A DNA stretch of 64,000 nucleotides from the human T2T-CHM13v2.0 reference genome, Homo sapiens (GCF_009914755.1 NC_060936.1), one strand, 5' to 3'; positions 50,766 to 63,975 are shown, numbered from the stretch's first letter. Numbers and translations are program-made. The notes: a model not told the origin generated them from the letters alone.

Positions 50766-51889
50766 TCCATACCTACTGGCCTCCCCCAACCCTCTTGTCT
50801 GTGACACTCCAAATCCCAGGAAGCTTGCGATGAGGAATGAGGATGTAAAATATCTCACGTGAACAGAGAGGATGTGCTTTTCCAAATGGCCTTCCTAATG
50901 ACTGCTCTTCTCGTACCACGTGCTTGCCTGGTGATGAGATCCCCTAGAAGGACTGTTCACCTGGGTCTGTCTAGCAAGGCTGGCAGGGGCCCCACCTGGT
51001 CCACAGAAATCAAGATATGGTTGTTGTGCACTTCTGTCCTGCTCACGTGGCTAGATCTTTCAAGCTAAGGAAAATAAGAGAAATCACCAGTGTTACTGAA
51101 TAAAGAAAGCCTGTGGGGTACAAAGAGACAAATAGACTATGAGATTGAAGAAGTCTATACATAAACAAAGCTGGGGTTAAATTCATTTAAATGAGTTCGA
51201 AGACACTTGTCCAGTAAGATGAAAACATATACAGAGTATTATGAATACCACCACATTAGATACAAGATTGAATATTCATATGATTAAGTAACAGGCGTCT
51301 TTAGCATTTGTTTGAAGGTGAGGGAGAAGTGTCCTCACATTGGATAGCTAGTCATCTGAGATGATTTGCAAAGCCATCTGTCTCTACACTGCCATTCATC
51401 TCAGCTTTCTCTACATTTCACAGTACTTAAAGACTATGCCAATGATTTTGGTACTTAATTATATCTTGCCCTGAAATGTCATTTGACAGTTTTGGTTACC
51501 CATGTGTAATATTTTTATCTAGAATGTATCAGCACCTAGCACAATGCTAAATATATATTTGGTACTATATGAATTCAATTTCCTTAGATTATGACCAATG
51601 TTGCTTTGACATTATTAGGATACCATTGTTTTATTCTTACATTGGATTAAAAAAATCCAAACACCTAGCACCTATTTACCATTTTCACTGTGGGTTTCAA
51701 TGGATAAAACCAGATATCAACTTGGATACATCCAAGATTAGACAGCTCCCTGTGTAACTATAGATATAAGAAAGAAAAATAAGCCTCAGTGTCTTTTGAA
51801 TCTTGCTCTCAGTTAAGGTTCAACATAAGCCCTGACATCTTTATTTATTTTTGTTTTTATGTTTAATTTTATATATGCATGTATGTATG

Positions 51890-52509
<620 letters not shown>

Positions 52510-54139
52510 CAGCCCTGGCATCTTTAAGTAGCTTTGCTAACTATTCCTGTGTCCTTAGTGGTCTTTCAACTGCTGGGAATAAATAGCCTTTACTGTCAGT
52601 GTGAATAGTTCTGAAAACTAACTGCATGATAGAACCACCTACAGAGTTCATTAAAAACATAGATGCCTGTTAGCCCAACGTGGTGGTGGGCGCCTATAGT
52701 TCCAGCTCCTAGGGAGGCTGAGGCAGAAGAATTGCTTGAACCTGGGAGCAGAGGTTGCAGTGAGCTGAGATTGCGCCATTGCACTCCAGCCTGGGCAACA
52801 GAGTGAGACTCCATCTCAAAAAACAAAAAAACGAAAACAAAAAACAAAAAACGCAGATGTCTGAGCACATCCCCAAAAATAATTAATTAAATCTTTATTG
52901 ATGAGACCTGGATATCTGCATTTTAAAATAAATTCTACAAAGGATGCTAACCAGATTTTAGAATTGCTGGTATATGTCGCTTCTTTATAACTTATATGTT
53001 TTGGATTAATGATGATCTTTTTCGTCACGTGAAGACTATCTTCACAATTAGACTATAAGATTTCTCTAGGTAAGAGACAGTATATTTATATTTCCTGTGG
53101 TTACTCGAATATGATTTTGCTTAATTAATATGTCTTGCTTTTGTGAAACACATTTAACTTGTCTACTGATGATGGATCAAATTGTGAATATTATTTCCTT
53201 TTTTCATCCGAGAAGCTAGGATTAAATTCCTTTAAATGAATTTGAAGAATTTTGTATTTATAACCAGAGTCATGGGTTGTATTCCAAGTAAAGCTTTTTT
53301 TATTTTTTATTTTTTTATGAGATAGGATCTCACTATGTTGCCCACACTGGTTTTGAATTCCTGGGCTTCATATGATCCTCCCATCTCAATCTCCTGAGTA
53401 GCTGCCAGATAAAGTTTTTGAAAAGTGTTGTTGAATTGGGAATCTTTTTTCTCTTAGAAAAATAGAATTAATTTTTTTTTAATAGAGATGGGGCCTTGCT
53501 ATGTTTTCCAGATGTTTGCCAGGTTGGTCTTGCACTCCTGGCCTCAAGCAATCTTCCTACCTTGGCCTCCCAAAGTGCTAGGATTACAGGTGTCAGCCAC
53601 CGCACCTGGCCATTGTGCCTGGCCAAAAAATATAATTTTAAAAAGACCAGAAAGACTTTTCTTTAGAGGTAAAGATGAATGAGCCTATGTTAAAGTGTCA
53701 TTGAAAGAAATTATTAATGGTCAGTCGTGGTGACTCACCCCTGTAATTCCAGCACTTTGAGAGGCTTAAGTAGAAGGATCTCTTGAGCCCAGGAGTTTGA
53801 GACCAGCCTGGGCAGCATAGCGAGACCCTATCTCTACAAAAAATAAATAAATAAGATGAAAAAGAAGTTATTTATTCTTCGATCATGATGGCAGGCAATC
53901 AAAGAATCTTGGAGGCATACTAGTTAGAGCTTTTAACCCCACAGGTCTTCATTGTCCACATCGGTGATGACCATTTTTTTAGTAGACAAGGCAAGAACTT
54001 AATGAAGAGAATTACTTTACGTTTCTTGAATTTACTACTGAAGAGTTATAGGTAGCTAATAGCTAATATTTTCGTAGCTAGTGTTGGGACACGGAAACCA
54101 ACCCCCCAAAATATGGTGCTTTGATGGGCTGAACTGTAT

Positions 54140-54735
54140 AGTATATCTGATATATTTATATAGTGTATAAAAAATCACCTGACACAATAGATGGATAATA
54201 TATCTGATATATTTATATATCGTATAAGAAATCACCTGACACAATAGATATGTAATATATCTGATATATTTATATATTGTATAAAAAATCACCTGACACA
54301 ATAGATGGATAATATATCTGATATATTTATATATTGTATAAAAAATCACCTGACACAATAGATGGATAATATATCTGATATATTTATATATTGTATAAAA
54401 AATCACCTGACACAATAGATGGATAATGTATCTGATATATTTATATATTGTATAAAAAATCACCTGACACAATAGATGGATAATATATCTGATATATTTG
54501 TATATTGTATAAAAAATCACCTGACACAATAGATGGATAATATATCTGATATATTTATATATTGTATAAAAAATCACCTGACACAATAGATGGATAATGT
54601 ATCTGATATATTTATATATTGTATAAAAAATCACCTGACACAATAGATGGATAATATATCTGATATATTTATATATTGTATAAAGAATCACCTGACACAA
54701 TAGATGGATAATATATCTGATATGTTTATATCAGA
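54140..54735. repeat. 57-bp minisatellite (VNTR), ~10 copies
   Basis: Unit aatcacctgacacaatagatggataatatatctgatatatttatatattgtataaaa; gives the 19-aa periodicity seen in the ORF track. Confidence 0.95.
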
Positions 54736-56468
54736 TATATTATACATTTATATATTATACATATACATTTATATATATACATAATAAATACATTGTATTA
54801 TACATATATGTATATATTATACATATACATTTATATGTATAATATAGTTGACATATTTATATATTTATATCGGATATATTGTACATTTATAATATATTTA
54901 TTATATTTTATATTATAGTATATTATCATTTATAATATATTGTTATATGTTATATGATATATATTTATAGCAGACATAGTAAATATCTATTGTGTTAGGT
55001 GATTTTTTATACAATATATAAATATATCAGATATATTATACATTTAAACAGTTAAACACCTAAACAGCCCAATTTTATGTGGATCAGTACTACTAACGGC
55101 TTAGGGTAAAATGACAGCTACAGCGTAACTAGAATGTTAAAGTGGCATGTCTCAGACAACGTGGATGGACATAAAGTATTTGAGAGAATATTGCATAATA
55201 GAAAAAAACATTGTAAAGACTAAAATACTAAATAAGACCTTTTTTTCCCGAGCAATAATTTGCCCAGGCTGGTCTCAAACTCTTGGCCTCAAATGATCCT
55301 CCTGCCTTGGCCTCCTAAAGCATTGGGATTATAGGCATGAACCACTGCTCCTGGCCAGAATTCTTGATTAAACAATAGGGTCTAAATAAATTTAAACCCC
55401 TTTTATTCTTTTTATTCTTACAGGGTAGACTCAAATATTCTATTTCTTTCCAACTTTATATTCTTGTCATAACAACCCAGTATTCTCTGAGGCAAATGGA
55501 TGCTTATGACCAACTGGCCTGAAATGGGGGAATATAGGGTTAGTGGTGAGTCACATATAAGAAAATGCAAGAGAATAGCAGTGTATCATATTTCAAAATA
55601 AAATACAAACTATACATAAAACTGACCCCAACAAGTATCCATTTCATTTCCTGTCGTGTATCTATATGCTTTCCTGGAAAGAATAAACTTCAGTTCACAA
55701 AATCAGATGTAGAAGATACATCACTTTTAAAAATTCTACGTAATTTTAATTCCAAGATTCCCATGCCACCAGGCTGGTGGGAAATCCAGTTTTAGTTGTA
55801 ATTAGGCCTTTTCTCCAGTATTACATATGAATTTGAGTGTAATACCCCAAAACTTGAGAAGGCCATTGTATCTCCAGTCCACTGGGGCAATGAATAGCTT
55901 GAGCACCTGATCATTATAATGACCCAGATGTGTATCTTTTTCTTTTACTCTGCGGTGAGTTTTTCTAAGGGAGGAATCCTATTTTGTTTAATTTTGTATT
56001 ATAGCATGGGATATTGTGCCTGGCAGATAGTAGGCAATCAGTTAGTATTTCAGGAATAAACACTCTTGGTCAGTGATACAGCTAATGATTTGCAACAAGC
56101 ATATCCTTAAAGTACCTTTTCAGTAACGATTTCCATATGAACAAAGAAAAAAACTAGAACCAAGAGGTAAAATTATAATCCTGTTGTCTTGTTCCCATAG
56201 CCATACTCTGATTTCTTTTATGTTCTGTGCCCTGGCTTGATACTTAATTTGACAGCTAATTATAATGTTTATTAAGCTCTGAAATATACTTTCTCCTGGC
56301 CTTTTTGTCTGAAGTTGTTTGAGGTGTCACCATGGTTGGAAGTTAAGAGCATGGAAGCTAGACTTCTTGGTCTTGAATTCTAGCTTTGTCACTAACTTAG
56401 TAACTTTGGGCAAATTACATGTCTCTGCTTCAATTTCATTTGTTAAGGTAGTACCTATTTCACAAGGC

Positions 56469-58856
56469 TGATGGTGGCAGCAGTGGGGCGTCCAGAGCTG
56501 CCGCTGCCATCACGCCAGCTGCAGCAGGGAGGGGCGGGCAGCGGCGGCGGAGCAGCTGCGGGAGCCGCAGTGGCTGCTGTGGGACATCTGTGCCTCGCGT
56601 CCCCTGTGCCTTGAGACCCCAAAGCAGCCGACTGCGCCGCCACCATCCTCGCGTTGCCGGGTGGGGCGACGTGCTCCCCGGCCAGGAGCCTCCACCGCTC
56701 CGGACCCTGGCCCTATGTCGCCGCTCTCGCCCGCCGCCGCCGCGGAGTGGGAGTGGGGAGGAGGGGAACAGTCCTTGGAGCCGGCCCCGGGAGTACTCCC
56801 GGAGCCTGCCGCCCTGGAAGCCGCCACGATGGACCGGGCTGAGTCGCCCGCCGGAGGGGAAGCAGTGTAGTCGGGCACGGAGGGGCAGGCAGAGAGGGGC
56901 CCCAAGGCGGAGCTGGGTCCGGGGCGGAGCGGTGTTCGCACACAAAGCGCTGGGGCTGGACCCAGGGTTCGGGGCCAAGGCGAGAAGTGGGAGCGGGGCC
57001 CGCTTTGGGGACCCGGACAGCGGTGTGGCCACCGCGCACACCTCCGACAGCGCCGCATTCCTGGGCCTTGGGAGGAGGCTCTGAGTAGGGCCGCCTGGGG
57101 CGCGTCTTCAGGGTCCTCCCGGCACTGGGGTGACCGCCGAGCTAGACGCGCCTGAGGGCTGAGCCCCAGGGCTCGTGATCTGCTCCCGGAGGCGCCCCCC
57201 AGGCAGGGCCGTGAGCCGGGCGAGGGAGAGTCCTGGGCTGCCCCTGAGCCCCGGGGCCACGGGAAGAACTTGCAGCGACGTCATCCCTGCCCCGGACACA
57301 GTCCCGGGCCCAGGGAGGACCTGGAACATTCCCTTCCTCCCCCCCCCCCCCCGCCCCCGCCCATCAGCCCAGCCTGCAAGGAGGCGCCACCGGACCTGCA
57401 CACTCAGGAGCAGGTGAGCCAGGGACAAGCAGGAGCCCCGCCCCTTCCGAACTGGTGGAGCAGGAGCTCCCAGGGTGCAGCTGCAGCCACCTTGCCGCGG
57501 CTGTGGACATTTTCTGTGCTCTCAGAGGCCCAGCAAAGTCCCCTGCCCACTGCAGGCTCCAGGGTGCCTACTCCGGCTGCCTGGCTTCTCTCCACTGTTA
57601 GCACCCACTCTGAACTCAGAGCAAGGTCGGGCCGAGCCTGGGTACTGTCACAGCCTGGCCGAGCGTGCACACGCTCAGGACAGTGCTGATACGCCAGCCC
57701 CCTGCCGTCTCGGCCCCCTTTGGAACTTGGGCACCAACAAGCGTGGGAGGGAGGCTGAGAGGGGTCTGAAGACAGCTGGACACTGACTTGCAGGCGCTCC
57801 TTGGCATGAACAGCCTGGGAGCAGGAGGCAGACAGGTTCCTGGGTGGAAGGGGATGGGTCCCCAGTGAAGTCCCACCCTCAAGCTGGTGAGGGCTTGAAG
57901 CCTGCAGACCAGAGAGGTAACTTGTGGTGCTGCTCCCTGGGCCCACTCATGGCTGCCCATGGACCAATCAGCATGCATTTCCTCCCTCTGAGGCTCATAA
58001 AATCCCCCAGACTCAGCTAGATTGGAAGAGAGGATGGGAAGACAATGGATGACCTACCTGTGGAGAGAAACTACCCATTCCAGAACCTCCTCTCTGCTGA
58101 AAGCTGAACACTCAATGGGAAGACCTGTTTGCAGAGAGGAGCCAGCCACTCCAGGGTCTCCGTTCTGCTAGAAGCTGAACACTCGTTGGGACACCCTTGC
58201 TGTGGAAAGGACATCCTTACTGTGGAAATGAGCTACTAACTGCAGGTCTCCTTCCTCTTCATCTTCCTTATCCTTCTGTTCCATTGCTCAGTAATGCTCC
58301 TCTTCATCTGTCTCATTCTCCACTTGTCTGCTTGATGCAGGAGCTGAGGAGCTGCACAGCAAGGTTAAAAGAGCTGTAACACAAACAGGGCTGCAACATG
58401 CCCCTTGCTCCCCACAGGGAGAGAAGAGCTCTGGCCCTCGGAGAAGCCCAGACCTGGGAGCTCCTTGAGCCCGGGCTGTGACTCCCTCTTTGGGGCCCTG
58501 GTTGGCGTCACTGCATTCGCCAGTGCCACTGTTGGAAGCTGCTTGTGATGCGCCTGGTCCAGGGGGAAGCTGTTTGTTGTGTGCCTGGTCCAGCCACCTC
58601 ATGGAGAGCCTGTGCTGGCACCTGGAGCTGCCCAACCTGGGCAGCAGCTTGTGTGTGTGACTGCACAGTGGCCACGCTTGCTCACACACCCCTAGCACAC
58701 CCCTCTGCTCCACCCGTCTCAATCTCCCTTGGATCCGGGATCCAGGTTGGTAGCAAGTGCGAGTGGGCAGAAGCAGCCCAGTGGGCCTAGAGCAAAACTC
58801 AGGCAAAGGTGCCACTAGACTGGCCAGGAAAGCGACACCCTAAAGATCCCATAATG
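56469..58856 (+). mobile_element. Long MER52-family (MER52D-like) ERV1 solo LTR
   Basis: tgatggtggcagcag...gccgctgccatcacgccagctgcagcagggagg start and gcgacaccctaaagatcccataa end match recalled MER52 termini; homologous to the 42.6 kb copy. Confidence 0.75.
56480..57450. promoter_or_regulatory. CpG island; probable bidirectional promoter of LINC00612 and A2M-AS1
   Basis: Very GC- and CpG-rich with GC boxes (ggggcggg, cccgcccc); the only CpG island in the window. Confidence 0.8.
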
Positions 58857-59864
58857 CTGATATGTTAATTCTATTCTATAAGCACCACACAGAAGTGATA
58901 GCTTTTATTTCTTATTTTGTCTAGCCTGGAGACAGAGCTAAGGATTCCTTGAACTGCAAAGTCTTTTCCAGTTCTTAGTTTATACAATCCATACTCACCT
59001 TCTGCCTAACTAAGCATTGTCATTTTTGTGCCAAATGAAGAGTAGGACTCCTACGATTGTCCTCAGACTCTCTTGGCTCAATCCTCCTGCTTTAACCTTT
59101 CCTACTTCAAAAACTCCTGAAGTTTTGCTTCCCCTTCTATAGAATGGAAATATATGTCGCAATACTTACTGCAAAGAAAATTATATATTTTAAAAATAGA
59201 CTAAAGAGATGTTGTGAGACATCAGACATCAATCAGATGTTGTGAGAACTGATTTCTGCATCAGAATATCTCCTTGACTTTACAGCTATCCTTTAATCCT
59301 GGCTCAAAGTTCCAGAAGAAAGATGATCCAATATAATACTCCTATTTGGACTTTGAGTCATACACATTCCTTCTTCTGAGAAAACGTGCTTCTGCATGAA
59401 TCCTCCCTTCATTATTTTCAGCTCATCTATTATTGAATCTGAAACCCCAGGTTAACTGACTGATCACTCTCATCAGTGGCAGATTTTGGTGTAACATAGG
59501 ACACATCACTCCCAATTCAGGTCAAGTCCCAATTATCTTGCCTCTCAATATGACATGTTCAATGTTGTATTTCATTCTACTTCATTTTAATGTAAAAAGT
59601 CTTTTCTGGTGAAGTCAGTCTTTTATTTTCTCATAAAAATTCACCCTTTGGGTTTTTCATAGGGTATTCCCATAACCAAACACACTTTACACTTTCCTAG
59701 TACATAACCCAATACTTTCTTCTTTCCCCACAGTCCTTACATGAAGCCTACTCAGACCGACATCACTGTATCATTTTTTTGTATTCTGAAGTCCTTCAGC
59801 ACTTGATTCCTTTAAGTTTAATCTTGGTATTCTATTGGGAATCATATGGAAATGTACAATGATA

Positions 59865-59918
59865 TTTATTGAATGAACAGGAAACAGGGAAAGACATTGA
59901 CCAGAAAAAGTGTTTATT
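59865..59918 (-). terminator. A2M: Two tandem A2M polyA signals
   Basis: tttatt at 59913-59918 and 59865-59870. Confidence 0.75.
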
Positions 59919-60007
59919 CATCAAGTCTTTAAAGATACAAAAACACGTGTCTTCTGTGGAGCTCTGAGAACAGGACTCCAGCAAAGCACTTTTCAGCCTT
60001 GTGGTCT

Positions 60008-60024
60008 TCAAGCATTTCCAAGAT
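60008..60024 (-). CDS. A2M: A2M exon 36 coding part, (D)LGNA*
   Basis: cacag acceptor; AT CTT GGA AAT GCT TGA; 3' UTR extends to ~59893. Confidence 0.95.
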
Positions 60025-60367
60025 CTGTGACATTGGAAAGAAAAAAAATTAAGACAGATTTGGGTCTCCATGAGCAGAGAGTATTCTTTCCCTTAGTTCT
60101 GGGTAGCATAGTGCCCAAGGAAACCTAATCAGTACAGTGGGAAACCAAATCTATTCCAAATCATTACCCATAAGCAATCCTATGGACTCTCTGAGGTTTG
60201 ACAGAGTCAGCGGCCCTCTCCAATAAATGTGTTTTTCTATAATAATGTGCAGTGTGAGTAATTTGATGTTTTTGACAAATATTTACCCAGCGTTTTATGA
60301 AGGAGAAGGTTTGGGGGGCAAGCTGAAGGAGCTCTGACTGCCTTTTGGAGGAGTGTGAGTGGCTTAC

Positions 60368-60409
60368 CTTTGCTGCAAGGAGCATTGTACTCAGCAATTG
60401 CAAACTCAT
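60368..60409 (-). CDS. A2M: A2M exon 35
   Basis: (D)EFAIAEYNAPCSK; AG/GT flanks; 42 bp. Confidence 0.96.
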
Positions 60410-60924
60410 CTGAAAAAAAAAAAACCAACAAAAAACCAGAAATCATTACATGAAGTGAGAAAGAAAGCAAACATCTGTGGGATACAGGCCAAGGAAGGAG
60501 TTTGTTGTGGGAAGAACAGTATTGTACCAGAAACATAAGCATCATTCATCTGATGTGTTGCTTGCTACCTTATATTCTCCTTTCAAATATAGTGTTTTAT
60601 ATATTCTTTTATCCCAAACTCCTGAAGGACTCTTCAGATGTTCTACTTACTTAAATCTCATATTGTCATACAGTCCATTTATCTGATGAAAAGGGAACTA
60701 AATATCCCACAGGTGTTTTGTATTAGTAGTTGATAAATTTATAATGTAGGTTGTTTCTATAATGTATGTATAAGAGACAAAAAGAGGGGCATCAGACTTG
60801 ATGGAGACAAAATGAAGTGATAATGTAATTACTTAATGTAATAAATAACCCCAACACATCTCCTAAACCTGAATTTCTGTGATCAGGAATTAAATATTTC
60901 TACGTGAAAATCACTCTCACTCAC

Positions 60925-61027
60925 CCGTCTCGTAGTAATCATAGACTTTCACTATGGCTGGTTTCAGATCTCTTACTGGGACATCTTGCAGAACCGTGAA
61001 GAACAAGCTCAGTGTCTGATTTGACAC
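60925..61027 (-). CDS. A2M: A2M exon 34
   Basis: [34 protein letters not shown]; AG/GT; 103 bp. Confidence 0.96.
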
Positions 61028-61929
61028 CTGGAAAGCAAAAGTCAATTAAATGACCTTTCAGGAAGCTTTCTTCTCTCTTTGAATTAGTTTAAGTATTCAC
61101 CTGTTTTTTGGGGGAAAAGCTTTATTATCCTACAGCACACTATAGGGTCCTTAATTAAATTGTGCAGAAATCTCTCAGAGGGGATGATAAATTCTCCAGA
61201 TTATTTCTTAAATAACTAACATAACGCATATACCTCTGTCAATGCCAATACATAGCTCTGTTCATGGGGGTAAATGATATATACTTTTTATTGGATGACT
61301 AACTGTGTTCATTTTTTAATATCCAGAGATTTGGTATAGTTTGACTTCTCTGTCTTGCAGGAATACTTGCGTAGACTCAAAGAGGCATCTAAAAGGTTGA
61401 TCTTCCCAGGCTTAAGTTTCATAAAATTTGTAAACTATAATTCCCATCAACTTATGCATGAACAAACTCTCCTACCACACATATCTATAAAATCAGATTG
61501 GTTTACTGGTGAACTGGTCTTATTATTTTATGGTTCAAGTCCTTGTGGAGACTGACAGTTTTTTTTCCCTTTCATATTGTTGTTGAGTATGTTGATAATT
61601 AACTAATAATTGACTAATCACAAGGGCTACTTCCTTATATTACTGGGTATCCAAAAAACTTGTCAACATAATAAACACATTTTGTGAAGATTTCTTGCTT
61701 ATGGGATTTTAGGAATATTCATATCCCAAGATCATAATAAGCCATTTCTACCTGTAATCCCTGGTGAAATATAAATAAAGGAGAGAAGAACATTCTTTTA
61801 GAGTTAACATTAGAATTCTCAAATTTCTAGCATGGAAGTGATGTTTCTAAAATGCATTTACCTTCCCAGATGTTCCCTTAGAGGATTATTATCTACGTTT
61901 TTTTGCAAATAGACTGGAAGTTCTCTTAC

Positions 61930-61998
61930 CTTATCAAGGTAAATCAAGACATGGTTGCTGCTGACTTCTGTCCGGCTCACATGGTTAGATCTTTCAAG
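61930..61998 (-). CDS. A2M: A2M exon 33
   Basis: [23 protein letters not shown]; AG/GT; 69 bp. Confidence 0.96.
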
Positions 61999-62672
61999 CT
62001 GAAGAAAATTGAAATACCACAAATGTTAATAAATAGATGAAACCCCTGGGGGATCCAGAGAAAAAATCTTTGTATTGCCAAAATAACCCTGAGGGTAGAA
62101 TTCTTCAAATGCTTTTTGTAAGGAAATATATAATGTAATACAATTAAAAATGAAAGGCATAAAGGGTTTACTATTAGTATAACACACGACTAATGTGTAA
62201 AGTTATTTATCTGAAGAAAAGACAGCTAAGTATCCTAAACTTGGTAGTTACTCATATTTCAAAGTTCAATTCAGTTTCTATTTCTTCATAAGGAGTTTTT
62301 TTCCTGTTTTGCTTGCTCTATTTTTCTTTTAACTTCTGTAATACTTATAGTTTATGCCAATCAGTCATTTTCATATTTTTCACTGGTTCGTGTTCATATC
62401 TTTTATCTTCTTAGCAAAATTCTAAGCTAAGAAGAAATTGAAAAGCAGGAACCTGCTGACAATCTTTTTCTTGTAGTCATGGGTCCTAGCACAGTGCTCT
62501 GCACATGGTCAGCATTCATACAAACACATGTGATTATATTTCTGAGCTGGAAAAAGGATAAGGCTTTGATAGAGATTGACTTTAATAGTATTTTGATATT
62601 AGTATTGTCTTATGCTGGGGATACATACATCATTAAATAAAATAGGGCAGTCTGGGGTTATGATAAACCTAC

Positions 62673-62763
62673 CATTTTCACTGTTGGCTTCAGGGGAATG
62701 AAGCCAGAGACCATCTTCACATCAACGATCGCCATGTTGGAGGCAGAGCGGCTCCCTGTGTAA
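62673..62763 (-). CDS. A2M: A2M exon 32 (receptor-binding domain)
   Basis: [30 protein letters not shown]; AG/GT; 91 bp. Confidence 0.96.
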
Positions 62764-63010
62764 CTGAGGATCCAGGGGAGGAAAGGATTAGGGTTTTCTG
62801 TGTTTTTAAATATTTTCTTCTTCTATGTCCATGTTAAGCATTCCACAGCTCTAAAAGGTACACGTAAGTCTTCCCAAATATCTTATCCCAGTGGTTTGTA
62901 AAAGTGGTGTGCGTAGAATTTTTAGGAAGCCTGTTAAAGCCACAGAGACCAGGCCCTACTCTAGACCTGATGAATCAGAATGTCTAGTGTATGGGGGCTG
63001 AGGATCTGCA

Positions 63011-63305
<295 letters not shown>

Positions 63306-63631
63306 AGGATCTGCATTTTAAGAAAGCTCTACAAGTGATGCACAGGCTGTTTGTGACCTCTAATCTATGCCAGTTATTTTATTTATTTGTTTACTTTTAT
63401 TTTCTTTCAGCTGACAAAATGATGTATATTATGAATAATAAATTTCAGTCTACATTATTTACAAAAACAACAATAATTTATAATGTTTACTTAAACACTG
63501 GCTTTCAACAAAACACTTAGAAACACCTAGCGTCTTGTCCCCGAGAGTTTGCATCCGAAATTTGGACTGCTTAATTTATTTTTTGGCATATATATACACC
63601 AAATTAAATGAAAAAAAAATATATATATATA

Positions 63632-63975
63632 CTTAACTTTTAGGTTCAGGCGTACACATGCAGGTTTGTTATATAGGTAAACTCGTGTCATGGGGGTTTG
63701 GTGTACAGATTACTTTATCACTTGGGTACTAAATTTTGCACTGAATTGTTGTTTTTTTCTGATCTTCTCCCTCCTCCCATCCTTAACCCTCAAGTAGGCT
63801 CTGGTGTCTGTTGTTCTCCTTTTTGTGTCCATATGTTCTCATCATTTAGCTCCCACTTACAAATGAGAACATGCAGTGTTTGGTTTTCCATTCCTGTGCT
63901 AGTTTGCCAAGGATAATGACCTCCATCTCCATCCATGTTCCTGCAAAGGTCATGATCTCATTCTTTTTGATGTGT
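63632..63975 (-). mobile_element. L1PA/PB 3' end fragment
   Basis: ttttaggttcagg...catgcaggtttgttatatagg...cccacttacaaatgagaacatg. Confidence 0.85.

Larger units (their letters stand above)
47775..51757 (-). pseudogene. Unprocessed A2M-family (macroglobulin) pseudogene fragment: homologues of A2M exons 32-36
   Basis: Exons at 51680-51757, 50996-51064 (69 bp), 49808-49910 (103 bp), 48287-48329 and 47904-47926 plus UTR, colinear with the true A2M exons in this same window. Confidence 0.88.
57360..60245 (+). ncRNA. A2M-AS1: A2M antisense RNA 1, approximate extent
   Basis: Recalled locus; supported by donor CAG|gtgagc at 57414 and + strand AATAAA at 60222-60227 beyond the A2M last exon. Confidence 0.65.

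Noticed and set aside
54056-54700. 214-aa repetitive ORF
   Set aside because: Artefact of the 57-bp (19-codon) VNTR lacking a stop in one frame.
54140-54735. CRISPR-like array
   Set aside because: Units are contiguous with no unique spacers, and the DNA is human.
56510-57058. 182-aa ORF (putative C12orf33 protein) and the overlapping GC-rich ORFs
   Set aside because: Lies wholly inside a GC-rich LTR where long ORFs occur in most frames; low-complexity Pro/Ala/Gly/Arg composition with no recognisable domain.
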